A DNA stretch of 64,000 bases from Candidatus Fermentithermobacillus carboniphilus (GTDB taxonomy: Bacteria > Bacillota > Sulfobacillia > Fermentithermobacillales > Fermentithermobacillaceae), in NCBI GenBank assembly GCA_018208355.1, contig CP062796.1, positions 845,777-909,776 of the forward strand, written 5' to 3'. A model generated the notes under the pieces. It was given only the letters and a program-made list of their open reading frames with translations, was not told the origin of the DNA and did no database searches. How positions within the stretch are numbered: position 1 is the first letter of the stretch; each line of letters starts with the position of its first letter. Shown here one piece after another: positions 9,625-19,600 of this stretch. Made by a program: the position numbers and the translations under genes.

Positions 9625-10757
9625 AACGTAGTCCCCTCTTCGGGCCTAAGAGAAATAGCACCTGTCGGGCATCGCATCTCGCACATTCCGCACCCTTTGC
9701 AGAATGATGTAACTTCGGGACCATGAGATCCGGCGACAATACCGCCGTAAAAACAAGCATCGAGGCAGGCAAGGCATCCACTACAAAGGGTCCTGTCTAC
9801 TGTAGCGCGGTTGTGCTTGGTGAATAATTCTTTGTAACTCTTGGCGTGTCTTACTGCAATGCCAGTGATGTTCTCGTACGAGTAACCGTGGGCCATCATG
9901 AACTGTTCCAACTTTTGCACCATTTCCCCTAAGATGTCATATCCGTGTACCATTATGGCGGAACATACCTGCACCGTTGTCGCACCAGACATTATGAATT
10001 GCACGACATCTTCCCAGCCGCCAACTCCATTTGATCCTGCGATCGGAAGATGCGGCATAGCCTCATGTACTTTCGATACCCATCTCAAAGTCAGCGGAAG
10101 AACCCAGGGGCCTCCTATGCCGCCCCAGCTGTCAAGAACAGCGCGGCCCTTTTCAACATCAACCAGAAAACCACGGTATCTATTTGCGATTACCACTGCA
10201 TCAGCGCCTGCAGATGCTACCGCCCTGCAGGTCTCAACTACGTCTGGCACTTCGGGAGAAAGTTTGTAAATGACCGGGAACCGCACTACGGACTTTATCG
10301 CCGTAACAATGGCCTTGGCCACATCGTCTGAAGTAACGAGCTCAATGTCTTTGTCAATACCCGCAAGCCGCGACGCATAATCTACCATGGCGTCTAGAGG
10401 ACCGGTTGCAATAGACGGGATTACGGTGGCATTGAGTTTCAGCGCGTACTCGTAAGTCTTCCTCAATTCGTCGATCCAGTCTTTTGGCGCTAACGGAATT
10501 CCGCCGCGCCCATAGAAAGTGAAATTCTTGGGGAACTGTCCGTTACGGCAGATCTTGTGGTTTTCGTCTAGTATTGCCCACCGACAGTGATCGTAAGACT
10601 TGGCGATGTCAGGTGTAAACGAGACGGATTTTGCAATAACACCTCCTATTCCTTGATCTAAAGCTTTCTTCATATGTTCGAAATCACAGGTCGGTTCCCC
10701 CGCCGATGCGAAAATAGGATTTTTAAGGCGAATGCCCAAGTAATCGAGTTTTGGCAC
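9621..10757 (-). CDS. Dihydropyrimidine/dihydroorotate dehydrogenase-like FMN enzyme with 2x[4Fe-4S] (PreA-like); catalytic loop apparently missing
   Basis: LKNPIFASAG, PVIYKLSP, GGIGGPWVLPL, MSGATTVQVCSA; C-terminal CxxCxxCxxxC twice; no N-x-S-C-P motif. Confidence 0.8.
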   Translation of the reverse strand: MPKLDYLGIRLKNPIFASAGEPTCDFEHMKKALDQGIGGVIAKSVSFTPDIAKSYDHCRWAILDENHKICRNGQFPKNFTFYGRGGIPLAPKDWIDELRKTYEYALKLNATVIPSIATGPLDAMVDYASRLAGIDKDIELVTSDDVAKAIVTAIKSVVRFPVIYKLSPEVPDVVETCRAVASAGADAVVIANRYRGFLVDVEKGRAVLDSWGGIGGPWVLPLTLRWVSKVHEAMPHLPIAGSNGVGGWEDVVQFIMSGATTVQVCSAIMVHGYDILGEMVQKLEQFMMAHGYSYENITGIAVRHAKSYKELFTKHNRATVDRTLCSGCLACLDACFYGGIVAGSHGPEVTSFCKGCGMCEMRCPTGAISLRPEEGTTL

Positions 10758-10993
10758 TTAGACACCTCCCAGGCAATTCTTAAAACTAAGTTTCATATTC
10801 TACAAAGATTAGTGAATTCCTTCATGTCTGAGAGGAACTCGCACATTTCTCTCACGCGTCAGTTAACTGCGTACACCTGCGAAAATCCTTCTGATTGACG
10901 CCGGATATGAGAACCAATATACTATAAGGGCGCATGTACGTTCCGGGAAATTGATGAAACTAACTTTAACTATTGAGTAAAGGATGGATACTC

Positions 10994-11776
10994 TTGGCGG
11001 ATTATTCGATTCGAATCCTCTCTGACTCGCTGAAAGTAATTGACGCATTATCTGCCCAAAGAAGGCCTCTTACCTTTACACAGATCAGTGATTTGACGAA
11101 ACTAAACAAAACCCGCCTATTTAGGATTCTTTCGAATTTAGTAGACTTGCACCTTGTAGACGAAGTAAACGGAAATTACCTTTTGGGATGGCGATTATTC
11201 GAGATTGGGCAGACAGTTCCGCAAGTTCATGGATTTCGTCTTAATACCCATGAGAGTCTCAGGCAGCTTAGCGACTTCATTGGCGAAACCGCCAATTTTG
11301 GAGTCTTGACTGACGGCGAAATACTCTTCATGGACGTTGCTGAGGCAGATAGGACATTAACGACAACATTCAAAGTGGGTTCCAGGTTACCAGCTCATCT
11401 TACTTCAATCGGCAAGGCGATACTGGCATCTTGGTCTGAACAACAAGTTATTCAATTCTTCAAGGGTAGGCCATTCGTACGATTGACCCCCAACAGCGTC
11501 AGGGACCTTAACCACCTACTTGAACAGCTCAAAGTAGTGCGCGAACGAGGATGGGCCTTAGACGACCAGGAGTTTGCGGAGGGGGTCCGGTGTGTCGGGG
11601 TAGGAGTTAAGAACTATGCTGGTCAGACAGTAGCTGCAGTCAGCATATCCGGCCCGGCATCCAGAATTACCGATGATAAAATTCCGGACATCGTTTCTGA
11701 ACTTCAGCGGGTGGCGGAAGAGTTTTCACGCGTCCTTGGATGGGGAGGGCTAAACGAAAACGGTACTGCGAAATAA
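10994..11776 (+). CDS. IclR family transcriptional regulator
   Basis: N-terminal HTH plus GSRLPAHLTSIGKAILA and VRERGWALDDQE...AAVSISGP; divergent from the catabolic operon. Confidence 0.93.
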   Translation: MADYSIRILSDSLKVIDALSAQRRPLTFTQISDLTKLNKTRLFRILSNLVDLHLVDEVNGNYLLGWRLFEIGQTVPQVHGFRLNTHESLRQLSDFIGETANFGVLTDGEILFMDVAEADRTLTTTFKVGSRLPAHLTSIGKAILASWSEQQVIQFFKGRPFVRLTPNSVRDLNHLLEQLKVVRERGWALDDQEFAEGVRCVGVGVKNYAGQTVAAVSISGPASRITDDKIPDIVSELQRVAEEFSRVLGWGGLNENGTAK

Positions 11777-12368
11777 CGCAGTTTTTTTGCCCAGCCCTAC
11801 CGAAGCGCCTGTTAACGATGCAGAGTCGGAGCGGGATCGTAAGCTGCACCTGCTCGTTCAAAGTTCCGGTAGACCATTCAGCTGTACGATTTCCTTCAGG
11901 CTCGCCCTAAGGTAACAGGTCTTCGTAGGGTTCTTAAACCTAAAGTCACGGCGATTTGAAAACCCACTGCTAGCCCCAATGTCGCATATGGCGATACCGT
12001 CGAGGACTCTTGCTGCCATTTGAGCGATATAAGGAACCTGCGGGCTTCCGAATCTTCAGCAACAACGTCAACTTTCTGTTGTCAGCCCCTTAAGTCGATT
12101 CGCGAGATATACCTGCATGTATATGACAGCTTCCGAGGTCTGGTCAAGCCTTACGGCAAGTCCACCACAAAAAGGTTAAACTAACCGCCACTGGTATTTG
12201 TCCGGCAATCGAAATCACCTGCCCTCCTGCGAGGAATTGGGGTGTGAAAGTGCAGACCGGAGCCCAGGCCTCGATGCGAGGAAGAACTGCCCGCCGCGGA
12301 CCCGAACTCTCTCGGGAATTCATGATAAGATCCATCATAGGGTCTGTCATGATGAATGAGGGGAAGGA

Positions 12369-12875
12369 GTGAGTCCAGTGGACGTTTTCGAAGCAATCCG
12401 AACAAGGAGATCTATAAGGGCATACAAGAACGAACCTGTACCCGAAGAATCCCTGGCAAGAGTGCTAGAGGCAGCGAGGCTCGCCCCATCGGCGGCAAAT
12501 CGCCAGGAGTATAAGTTCATAGTGGTCAAAGATGAAAAGCGCAGGCGAGAACTAGCCCAGGCGTGCAATAACCAGTCCTTCATCGGTGACGCCGGTGTCG
12601 TCATCGTAGGCTGCGCCACCAATCCCCAACGACGCTACGCCTTTGTGGACGTAGCTATAGCCATGGATCACATGACCCTGGCGGCTCGGGCGGAGGGACT
12701 TGGAACCTGCTGGATAGGCGCCTTCTCGGAGGCAAAAGTCAAAGAGATTCTCGGCATCCCCGATTCGGTCAGCGTGGTATGCCTCCTCCCGGTGGGAATC
12801 CCCGCGACTGAGGGCGTAATGCGAGGGCGGAAATCGAAGGAAGAGCTTTTCCCCAGCGAAACCTGGCCTGCGTAA
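12369..12875 (+). CDS. Nitroreductase family protein
   Basis: RRSIRAY, APSAANRQ, GLGTCWIGAF. Confidence 0.92.
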   Translation: MSPVDVFEAIRTRRSIRAYKNEPVPEESLARVLEAARLAPSAANRQEYKFIVVKDEKRRRELAQACNNQSFIGDAGVVIVGCATNPQRRYAFVDVAIAMDHMTLAARAEGLGTCWIGAFSEAKVKEILGIPDSVSVVCLLPVGIPATEGVMRGRKSKEELFPSETWPA

Positions 12876-12965
12876 AAGAGACTCCGTCAAACCGGGCTTC
12901 TGCAGTTTGATTTGAAATTAACGCACCCAGCGCTGTAGTTTCCCGGCCGAAGCCATCGGGGACGG

Positions 12966-13425
12966 CTACTCTGTGCGCTTCGGCCCGTTTCTCCGCAGCA
13001 CCAGCACCAGGCTTACCAGTATAAGGACTATGCCTGTAACAAGGAACGCCTCTTTCTGGAGCCAACCGGCTGCCTTCTGGAATAATGTGCCCGGCCGACC
13101 CTGCGCGCGTTCCGCCTGGTATTTCTCGAGACTGCCCAGAAGGTCGGGTACGAAATCGGTGAACCTTCGCGGCCAGCGAGGTCACCGCTCTGAGCACCTG
13201 TTCGTTCATAAAAACGTGTACGTTCGGGTACGCCATATCCCTCATCTGTCTTTCCACCGGCTTAAAAAGTTCTCCAAGACCCGAGACCCTCGCTGAATGC
13301 ATATCCATGGCCGGATTGACGAATGAATGACCCAGTTCGTGTAGGGTGAGCGTTTCAAGAGACCTGCCAGACGGGAAGTCGGGAGAATCCGTGTACCAAT
13401 GCCCTGGTGACCAGACCCAAAACAT
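12966..13425 (-). pseudogene. DUF4932-like gene remnant (HExxH), 5'-truncated with internal deletion/frameshift
   Basis: LHELGHSFVNP...NEQVLRAV in one frame, then RFTDFVPDLL...TM helix...RRNGPKRTE* in another. Confidence 0.6.
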
Positions 13426-13445
13426 GCGGTGGTTGGTCTTCGATC

Positions 13446-14252
13446 CTAATTCCCCACTCCCTGGTAAAAGTCCATGGCCTTCGTCCAAAACCAGTAAGCG
13501 CAGACAAAAGTCACCACAGCCACAACCGGCGTCGCCAGCGCCATCCGCATCAGCGCGCCGTTTCCGAAGACGAGTTGAGCGGGGTAAAAACTGGCAAAGG
13601 CCACCGGGATGACCCACGTGATGAGCGTCCGGACACCCTTGCCATAGATGTCCGCAGGGTATCTCGTGAACTCATCTACCGTCCACGCCAGAGTGGTAAA
13701 TCCGCTGCTCTCGATGGTAAAGAACGCCATCGCGTTCCCTACTATGTGCATCGAAGCGAATATAAGCGACCCGGATACCGCCGCCACCAGAACCCATAGG
13801 ATGTTCCAAACCGTCCTCTGTCCGAGCATCCCCAGGCAGGTCCATACGAGGATGATTCCGGTGAGGAGCTCTCCCCAGTCGTCATTATCAAGATATCCCG
13901 CCACAACCTGAAAGAGCGGGTTTAGGGGTCGCACGAGGAGTCTATCGATGTAACCCGTCCGTACCATCCAGGATACGGACATCAGCTCTACCCAGAACAG
14001 GTGAAACAGCGACCGGGAAAAGATGCTCAAGCCGTAAATGAGCAACACCTGCGGGAACGTCCATTCGCCGATGGCGTGAATCCTTGATAACAACACCCAC
14101 ACGGCGGCGACAGAGCCCAGGGAGTATACCGCCCCTGCAAGATTGATCGTGACAAAGGGGATAGGGTAAGCCATAAGAGATAACCAGTTTGCTCTGAGAT
14201 ACCAGTAATACAGACAAACATGCCTGGCCACGTCCTTGGCTTTCTCGGCCAT
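13446..14252 (-). CDS. ABC-2 type exporter permease (DUF990-like)
   Basis: GYIDRLLVRPLNP, RYPADIY, FYPAQLV. Confidence 0.88.
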   Translation of the reverse strand: MAEKAKDVARHVCLYYWYLRANWLSLMAYPIPFVTINLAGAVYSLGSVAAVWVLLSRIHAIGEWTFPQVLLIYGLSIFSRSLFHLFWVELMSVSWMVRTGYIDRLLVRPLNPLFQVVAGYLDNDDWGELLTGIILVWTCLGMLGQRTVWNILWVLVAAVSGSLIFASMHIVGNAMAFFTIESSGFTTLAWTVDEFTRYPADIYGKGVRTLITWVIPVAFASFYPAQLVFGNGALMRMALATPVVAVVTFVCAYWFWTKAMDFYQGVGN

Positions 14253-14256
14253 GGGC

Positions 14257-15039
14257 TTAACCCCCTTGTATGGTCAAACTCTTGACGGCGCCCGACCAGA
14301 GAATTCGCGACGCCAGCACCATGAGGGCGGTCCAAATGAGCTGGCTCAGGAGCGACGATCCGACTTCGCCCGGCGCAATGATCCCGCTCCAGATGGCCAG
14401 AGGCACATAGTGGATGGACTTGAAGGGCAAAAACTCGGCTATCGTCCTCAGCCAGCCCGGGAAGAACTGAAGCGGGAAGTACAGGCCGGAAAAGAGTTCC
14501 ACGACGGTGTAGATGCTATCTATTCCGACCTTGCTTTTCGTATGGAACGTAATCACCCCTGACAGGAAGGACGTAGAGAATACCGTCACATATCCCATCA
14601 GCACGGAGGCTACGAAGACTGCCAGCACCGGGAGGCCAGGCACCTTCAGTACACCCATCAGCCACAAGACAGTCAGGAGCGGCAGCCCCGTTGAAACCAG
14701 GCTGAACAGAGCGCTCCCCAGGTTTTGGAAAAGGAGTTGGAAGTGAAGGTCCACGGGTTTCACGAGGTCGTGCACTATCTCCCCTGACCATATGCGTTTT
14801 GCCGTTCGCAGGGCTACCGGTTCGCCAAGGAACCCCGAGACAACCCTGCCCATCATGGTGTATGAAATCATGGTGCTAAGGCTGATCCCTGCTATTGCGC
14901 CCGTGTCCCGGTACACGGCGGTCCACAGCGACCATTGAATGACAACCAGCATGAAGGCCCCGGCGAGGGTAGCCCAGTAGTTGGCGCGGTACCGAAAGCC
15001 TCGGAGAAACTCAGACCGGGTGTATGCCAGGTACTTCAT
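14257..15039 (-). CDS. ABC-2 type exporter permease (DUF990-like)
   Basis: YRAN, SGEIVHDLVKPV, FSGLYFPLQFFP, C-terminal IQGG. Confidence 0.88.
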   Translation of the reverse strand: MKYLAYTRSEFLRGFRYRANYWATLAGAFMLVVIQWSLWTAVYRDTGAIAGISLSTMISYTMMGRVVSGFLGEPVALRTAKRIWSGEIVHDLVKPVDLHFQLLFQNLGSALFSLVSTGLPLLTVLWLMGVLKVPGLPVLAVFVASVLMGYVTVFSTSFLSGVITFHTKSKVGIDSIYTVVELFSGLYFPLQFFPGWLRTIAEFLPFKSIHYVPLAIWSGIIAPGEVGSSLLSQLIWTALMVLASRILWSGAVKSLTIQGG

Positions 15040-15998
15040 CCCAGCTCCGCCTCCCTGTAGAACCGCCTGACCGTATCCTCCAGACTCCCCAGCGTCCCAC
15101 CGGTGACTCTACGGAGCTCCTCTTGGGTCCCATCGAACATGATCCGGCCGCGGTGAATCAACATGACTCTGTCCGTCACGATCTCGAGGTCGTCCAGGTC
15201 GTGGCTGGCCAGGAAGATGGTCACGCCCCGCTTCTTCTCCGCCCTGAGAAAATCGCGGATTTGCTCCCGCGCCAGAATATCCAGGCCGATGGTGGGCTCG
15301 TCTAGAAAGACCACAGCGGGATCGTGCAAGAACGTAAGGGCCAGGTCACACCTTGTCTTTTGTCCAAGTGACAGCATCCTAGCGGGCGTATCCATGAGAT
15401 CTCCGATATCCAGGGCCTCCACAAGCCTGTCCCTGTTTGCCCGGTAAGTCTCTCTCCTCAAGTCATATATCCTCCCGAGTAGGTCGAAACTTTCCCGCAC
15501 CGGCAGGTCCCAGAGAAGTTGCGTCCTCTGGCCCATCATTAGCCCTATGCGTCGAGCGTTCTCCGTCCGGTGCCGGAAAGGCTCCACGCCTAAAACGGTA
15601 ACCTTGCCGGACGTGGGGACCAGCACGCCACACAGGATCTTGATGGTCGTGGACTTTCCCGCCCCGTTAAGGCCGATATACCCCACGGATTCACCTGCGT
15701 GAATGGTGAAAGATACGCCGTCCAGGGCCTTCACCAACCGGTAATCGGGCTTGAAGAAACGAGAGACTTTCTGTAAGAATCCCTCCCCGTCGAGCCTCAC
15801 CCTGAAGTACCGGGTCAGTTCCTCTGCGACGACGACAGGAGAGGCTTCACTCGGCCGGGAACCTACGGACCCGCCGCTCGTCGAGCTGTCGCTGGATGAG
15901 GGGGCTTCCGGTGAGACGCTCGCCGACCGGGTCCCCTCTCGCGAAAAGCACTTTGGCGTGGCGCACTCTGAAATGGCGCTGACTAAAGTGCCGTTCAA
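15036..15998 (-). CDS. ABC transporter ATP-binding protein
   Basis: GLNGAGKST, LSLGQ, FLDEPTIGLD, SHD. Confidence 0.93.
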   Translation of the reverse strand: MNGTLVSAISECATPKCFSREGTRSASVSPEAPSSSDSSTSGGSVGSRPSEASPVVVAEELTRYFRVRLDGEGFLQKVSRFFKPDYRLVKALDGVSFTIHAGESVGYIGLNGAGKSTTIKILCGVLVPTSGKVTVLGVEPFRHRTENARRIGLMMGQRTQLLWDLPVRESFDLLGRIYDLRRETYRANRDRLVEALDIGDLMDTPARMLSLGQKTRCDLALTFLHDPAVVFLDEPTIGLDILAREQIRDFLRAEKKRGVTIFLASHDLDDLEIVTDRVMLIHRGRIMFDGTQEELRRVTGGTLGSLEDTVRRFYREAELG

Positions 15999-16036
15999 CT
16001 AAACATCCTCCCTTCGGGAAAGGGCAATATAGCGCG

Positions 16037-16076
16037 GACGATACGTAAACCGCCAGAGACGATACGTAAACCACCA
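16037..16076 (-). promoter_or_regulatory. 21-bp-period direct repeat, probable activator site of the ABC operon
   Basis: GACGATACGTAAACC(G/A)CCA twice (+ strand) at 16037 and 16058; TATATT follows 5 bp downstream on the minus strand. Confidence 0.6.
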
Positions 16077-16586
16077 ACTCAGAACGTCCGGGGTCGTAAC
16101 CGGCGAAAGGCAAGACGCACCAAGCAATTAGGAACCCTGCCTGCAGTTTCAGAACATTCAGGAGTCATAAGGACGTTCCGGAATGACAACCGGAGGGAGC
16201 AGGAAAGAGGATGAGGAAAACTCGGCAGAAACCTCGGTAGATCGAGAACCGCTTCTATTGTCGCGCCTCAATCTCGTTTGAATTTGACCAGGCGCCCGTT
16301 GTGTACGGTGGCACCTCCACAAGGCAGTCAAACCGCTATCGAAGTCTTATCCCGGTTTCGGGTTTTCTCAGGCTACCCTGCCTTCACCTCTAATCCTGTC
16401 TCCCATCCAGCCGCGTTGACCGTAAGTGCCATAAAGATCACATCCTTTCAGTATTTCATCTCGGAACTTTCTCTCAGACCGGACTTACCGGCTACTCTGG
16501 ACGGCGCTTCCCCGCCACAGCCCCCGCAAACAAATCTTGGAGTCAACCTCAGTCTATGAGGGGGAGGAGCGCTGTGTCAAGTGCAG

Positions 16587-16628
16587 AAAAACCGCCCGGG
16601 ACACCGGAAAACCGGTACTCCCAGGCGG
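16587..16628 (-). terminator. Rho-independent terminator of the S8 protease gene
   Basis: Long GC stem followed by TTTTT on the minus strand. Confidence 0.75.
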
Positions 16629-16656
16629 CGGTGCTAACCAGCGATCTTCACCTAAT

Positions 16657-19600
16657 CTACTTGATTATCGACCAGATCATCTTGGCGCTCTCTGCCCTGG
16701 TTCCGAAAGCGGCAGGGTCAAAGAGGTTGCCTGGACGGCCTGAGATAATCTGCATTCGAGAAAGCGCATCAACATAACCTTTAGCCCATCCTGGAATTCC
16801 TGCGTCGTCTGCGAAACTCGAGGCCGCAGTCGACGGCGTCACTCCTATCGCCCGACCAAGGATGGCGGCCATCTCGGCCCTGGTTATCTTATCGTCTGGC
16901 CTAAATCGATCGTCGCTTCCTTTGACCAGACCCGCCTTGTACGCCACCTCAATGTAAGGTGCTGCCCAGTGGCCCGTTACATCTTCGAAGAACACACTTG
17001 ACCCGTCACCTTGTGTAAGGCCCAAGGCAGTCACAACCAGCTTCACGAACTCGGCGCGGGTGATGTCGGCGTCAGGCTTGAAGATCCCGCCGGGATATCC
17101 ACCGACAACACCGATGGATGTGAGGCCGACGATGTACTCCTCACCCCAGTGACCGCCGATATCCGCGAGTTTCACGAAATCCGGGAATGTAACAAGAGCG
17201 AACAAGGATAGGTGCCGAGTCTTCCCTCTGACTTCGTTCCTGGGGGAATTGAAAGCCGTCGGGATACCCATCCATCGACCTGAGCCGGGCAGGTACCTGG
17301 CCAAAAGCATGTCTTCCCTCGGCGTCCCGGAGAAAGCAGTTACTATCTCTACAGGGGCAGAGAGAAGGCCCAACTCTTTCCCGCTGAAAGATGTGGCCTT
17401 GATTTCGTAGCCGGTTCCTTCCAGCGGCCTATTTCCCGAAGCACCCGGAAGGATCCCGGTTTTCTTCTCAACAACGATCTTAGCCGGTTCCGGTAAGGAA
17501 TCGGGCAACACCCTCAGCGTCAATCCAAGGGCCCCTCCACCGACGATCGTTTCAACGCCAGGATTCGCCACTCCCTCTGCTTTCTGTGTAGCCGGCTGAG
17601 GCGTAGCAGTCCCGGTTCCTCCGGAAGGCGGGGGTGGTGGAGGTGGCGGAGGCGGTGGCGCAGCTCCAATCTCGATGGACAACGCTTTTTGGGCTTTTAC
17701 TCCCAGACTATCGACCACTTCCACTACAAACTGAGCCGTACCGGTAGCGGAGGGGGTCCCGGATATGATTCCCGTATCTCCTGCTAGAGCAAGTCCTTGT
17801 GGAAGCGCACCCTGAGCTATGCTCCAGGTATACGACCCAACTCCGCCCTGGGCTTGCAGAGTGGCTTGATAGGGCTGATTAGCCTTGCCTTTGGGCAAAG
17901 ATTCTGTAGTAACCACAAGTTCAGTGACTGGAGGTCCGCTGAGTTTTCCGGGGGCAAAAGCTTCAGTGATATTCCCTGCCGCATCCTGCGCCCTAAACTG
18001 GATTTCAGCATCCTGAATGATGATCCCTGAAGGCACAACCCACGTGCCACGATAAAGACCCGGAGTATCAGGATCCTCGTGCATCGGCTGGAAGGATTGA
18101 GCCTGCGGGTGAGTAGAGATCACCACCTGGTAAGAAGCCGAAGCCAAACCCGGCTCACTCTGGAAACTTAGAGCGATGGATTGGCCCGGCGCGATCGACA
18201 CATCTTCAGAAGGAACCATTTGGCTGATAGCAGGAGGCTGAGTATCCCGCGTTACCGTGCGAGTGATGGCGGTCGCGTTCTGGGCCTTATCCAAAGCCTG
18301 GACTGTTATGGTATTAGGCCCGTCCTCTTCGGCCAGAAGAACTCTCAGGGTGAAATGTCCGTCTACGATGGGAGCGGCGGCTTCGTTGATTAGCACTTTA
18401 TCCAGGTAACGATCGCTGACGGTGCCGGTTATTGTAACCGCGTCTCTATTGGTGAGGAATCCATCGAACGGTTCTGTAACCTCAAGTACCGGGGCCTCAG
18501 TGTCGAGGTGAATCGTGATAGGCTGAGACGGATCAGTGTATCTATCTCCAACCCAGGCTTTGACAATGAATACGTTGGGACCATCGTTGAGGTTAACAGG
18601 GATGCTGAACACTCCGTCAGCATCAGAATTTGTCCTACCAACCTCTTCGTCGGCGCGATACAATCGCACCTCGACATTGGGCGAGGTCTGCCCCTTGATT
18701 TCCACCTGCAGCTGATTAGTTACCGTCCCATCGGCAGGCGATGTAATCACAGGTACCCCCACCGGATACATCACAGATGCCCTTATCATCGTATTGCCTT
18801 CGTCTTCCGCCCTGGGCGACCACTCGCCGCCGACAAACTGCCACGACCTGCCGTACTGCCTACCGTCTTCGTCAACGGCTAATCCGGGGCAGTTGGGATA
18901 CGGGGCGGACTGAATATACGCCACATAAAAGTCTCCTGTCACGGTGATGCCTAAGTCTCCGCAGTCAATGACGGTCCAGTTCCCATCCCTGACTGCGGTA
19001 CCGTCGAATGGACCGGCTACCATCTTGCCTGGGGCTCCATCAGGACCTGTGGCATCAAAGACCGCCCATTTGAATGCGGTGCCACCCGGGTTAGGCCATG
19101 TGGAATCCCAGAACCTGAAGGCGATGGACTTGAGCATGGCGGCTCCACCCTGGGGCGTCATCCGCACCGCCCACCCGTTTCCTGCATCGTAAAATGCGTA
19201 CGCGTTCTCGGCCGTCCCATCGTCATAGACTAATTCGCCAGGATAACCGACGAAAGGCTTCAAGGCAACATTGACTACCGTCGGAGCACCTTCCGAGACA
19301 ACAATGGGGATATCCTGCGGATAGTATGTGGGAGCCGAAATGTGCAGCGTATACTCGCCGATGAAACAATCGATGCTGAACTGACCGTTTTGGTCTGTCA
19401 GGGCCGGTGCAACATACGGATCCTCCACAAGGCTCAGTTCGGCACCTTGAATCGGTTGCCCTGTGTTTTTATCAATCACAACGCCTGCAACGACGCTCCG
19501 AGGTATGGGCTGAAGCACAAAGTTTTTCCTCGTAGTTACGCCTTCCTCGATTGTAACCGAGTCTTGGGCCGGATAGAAACCGTAGCTATAGACGCTTATG

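Noticed and set aside
12769-13617. 282-aa ORF as an intact gene
   Set aside because: It overlaps two real genes; only the central DUF4932-like part is meaningful and the C-terminus lies in another frame.
17622-17660. Low-complexity G-rich tract
   Set aside because: It encodes the polyproline linker of the protease and is not a separate repeat element.
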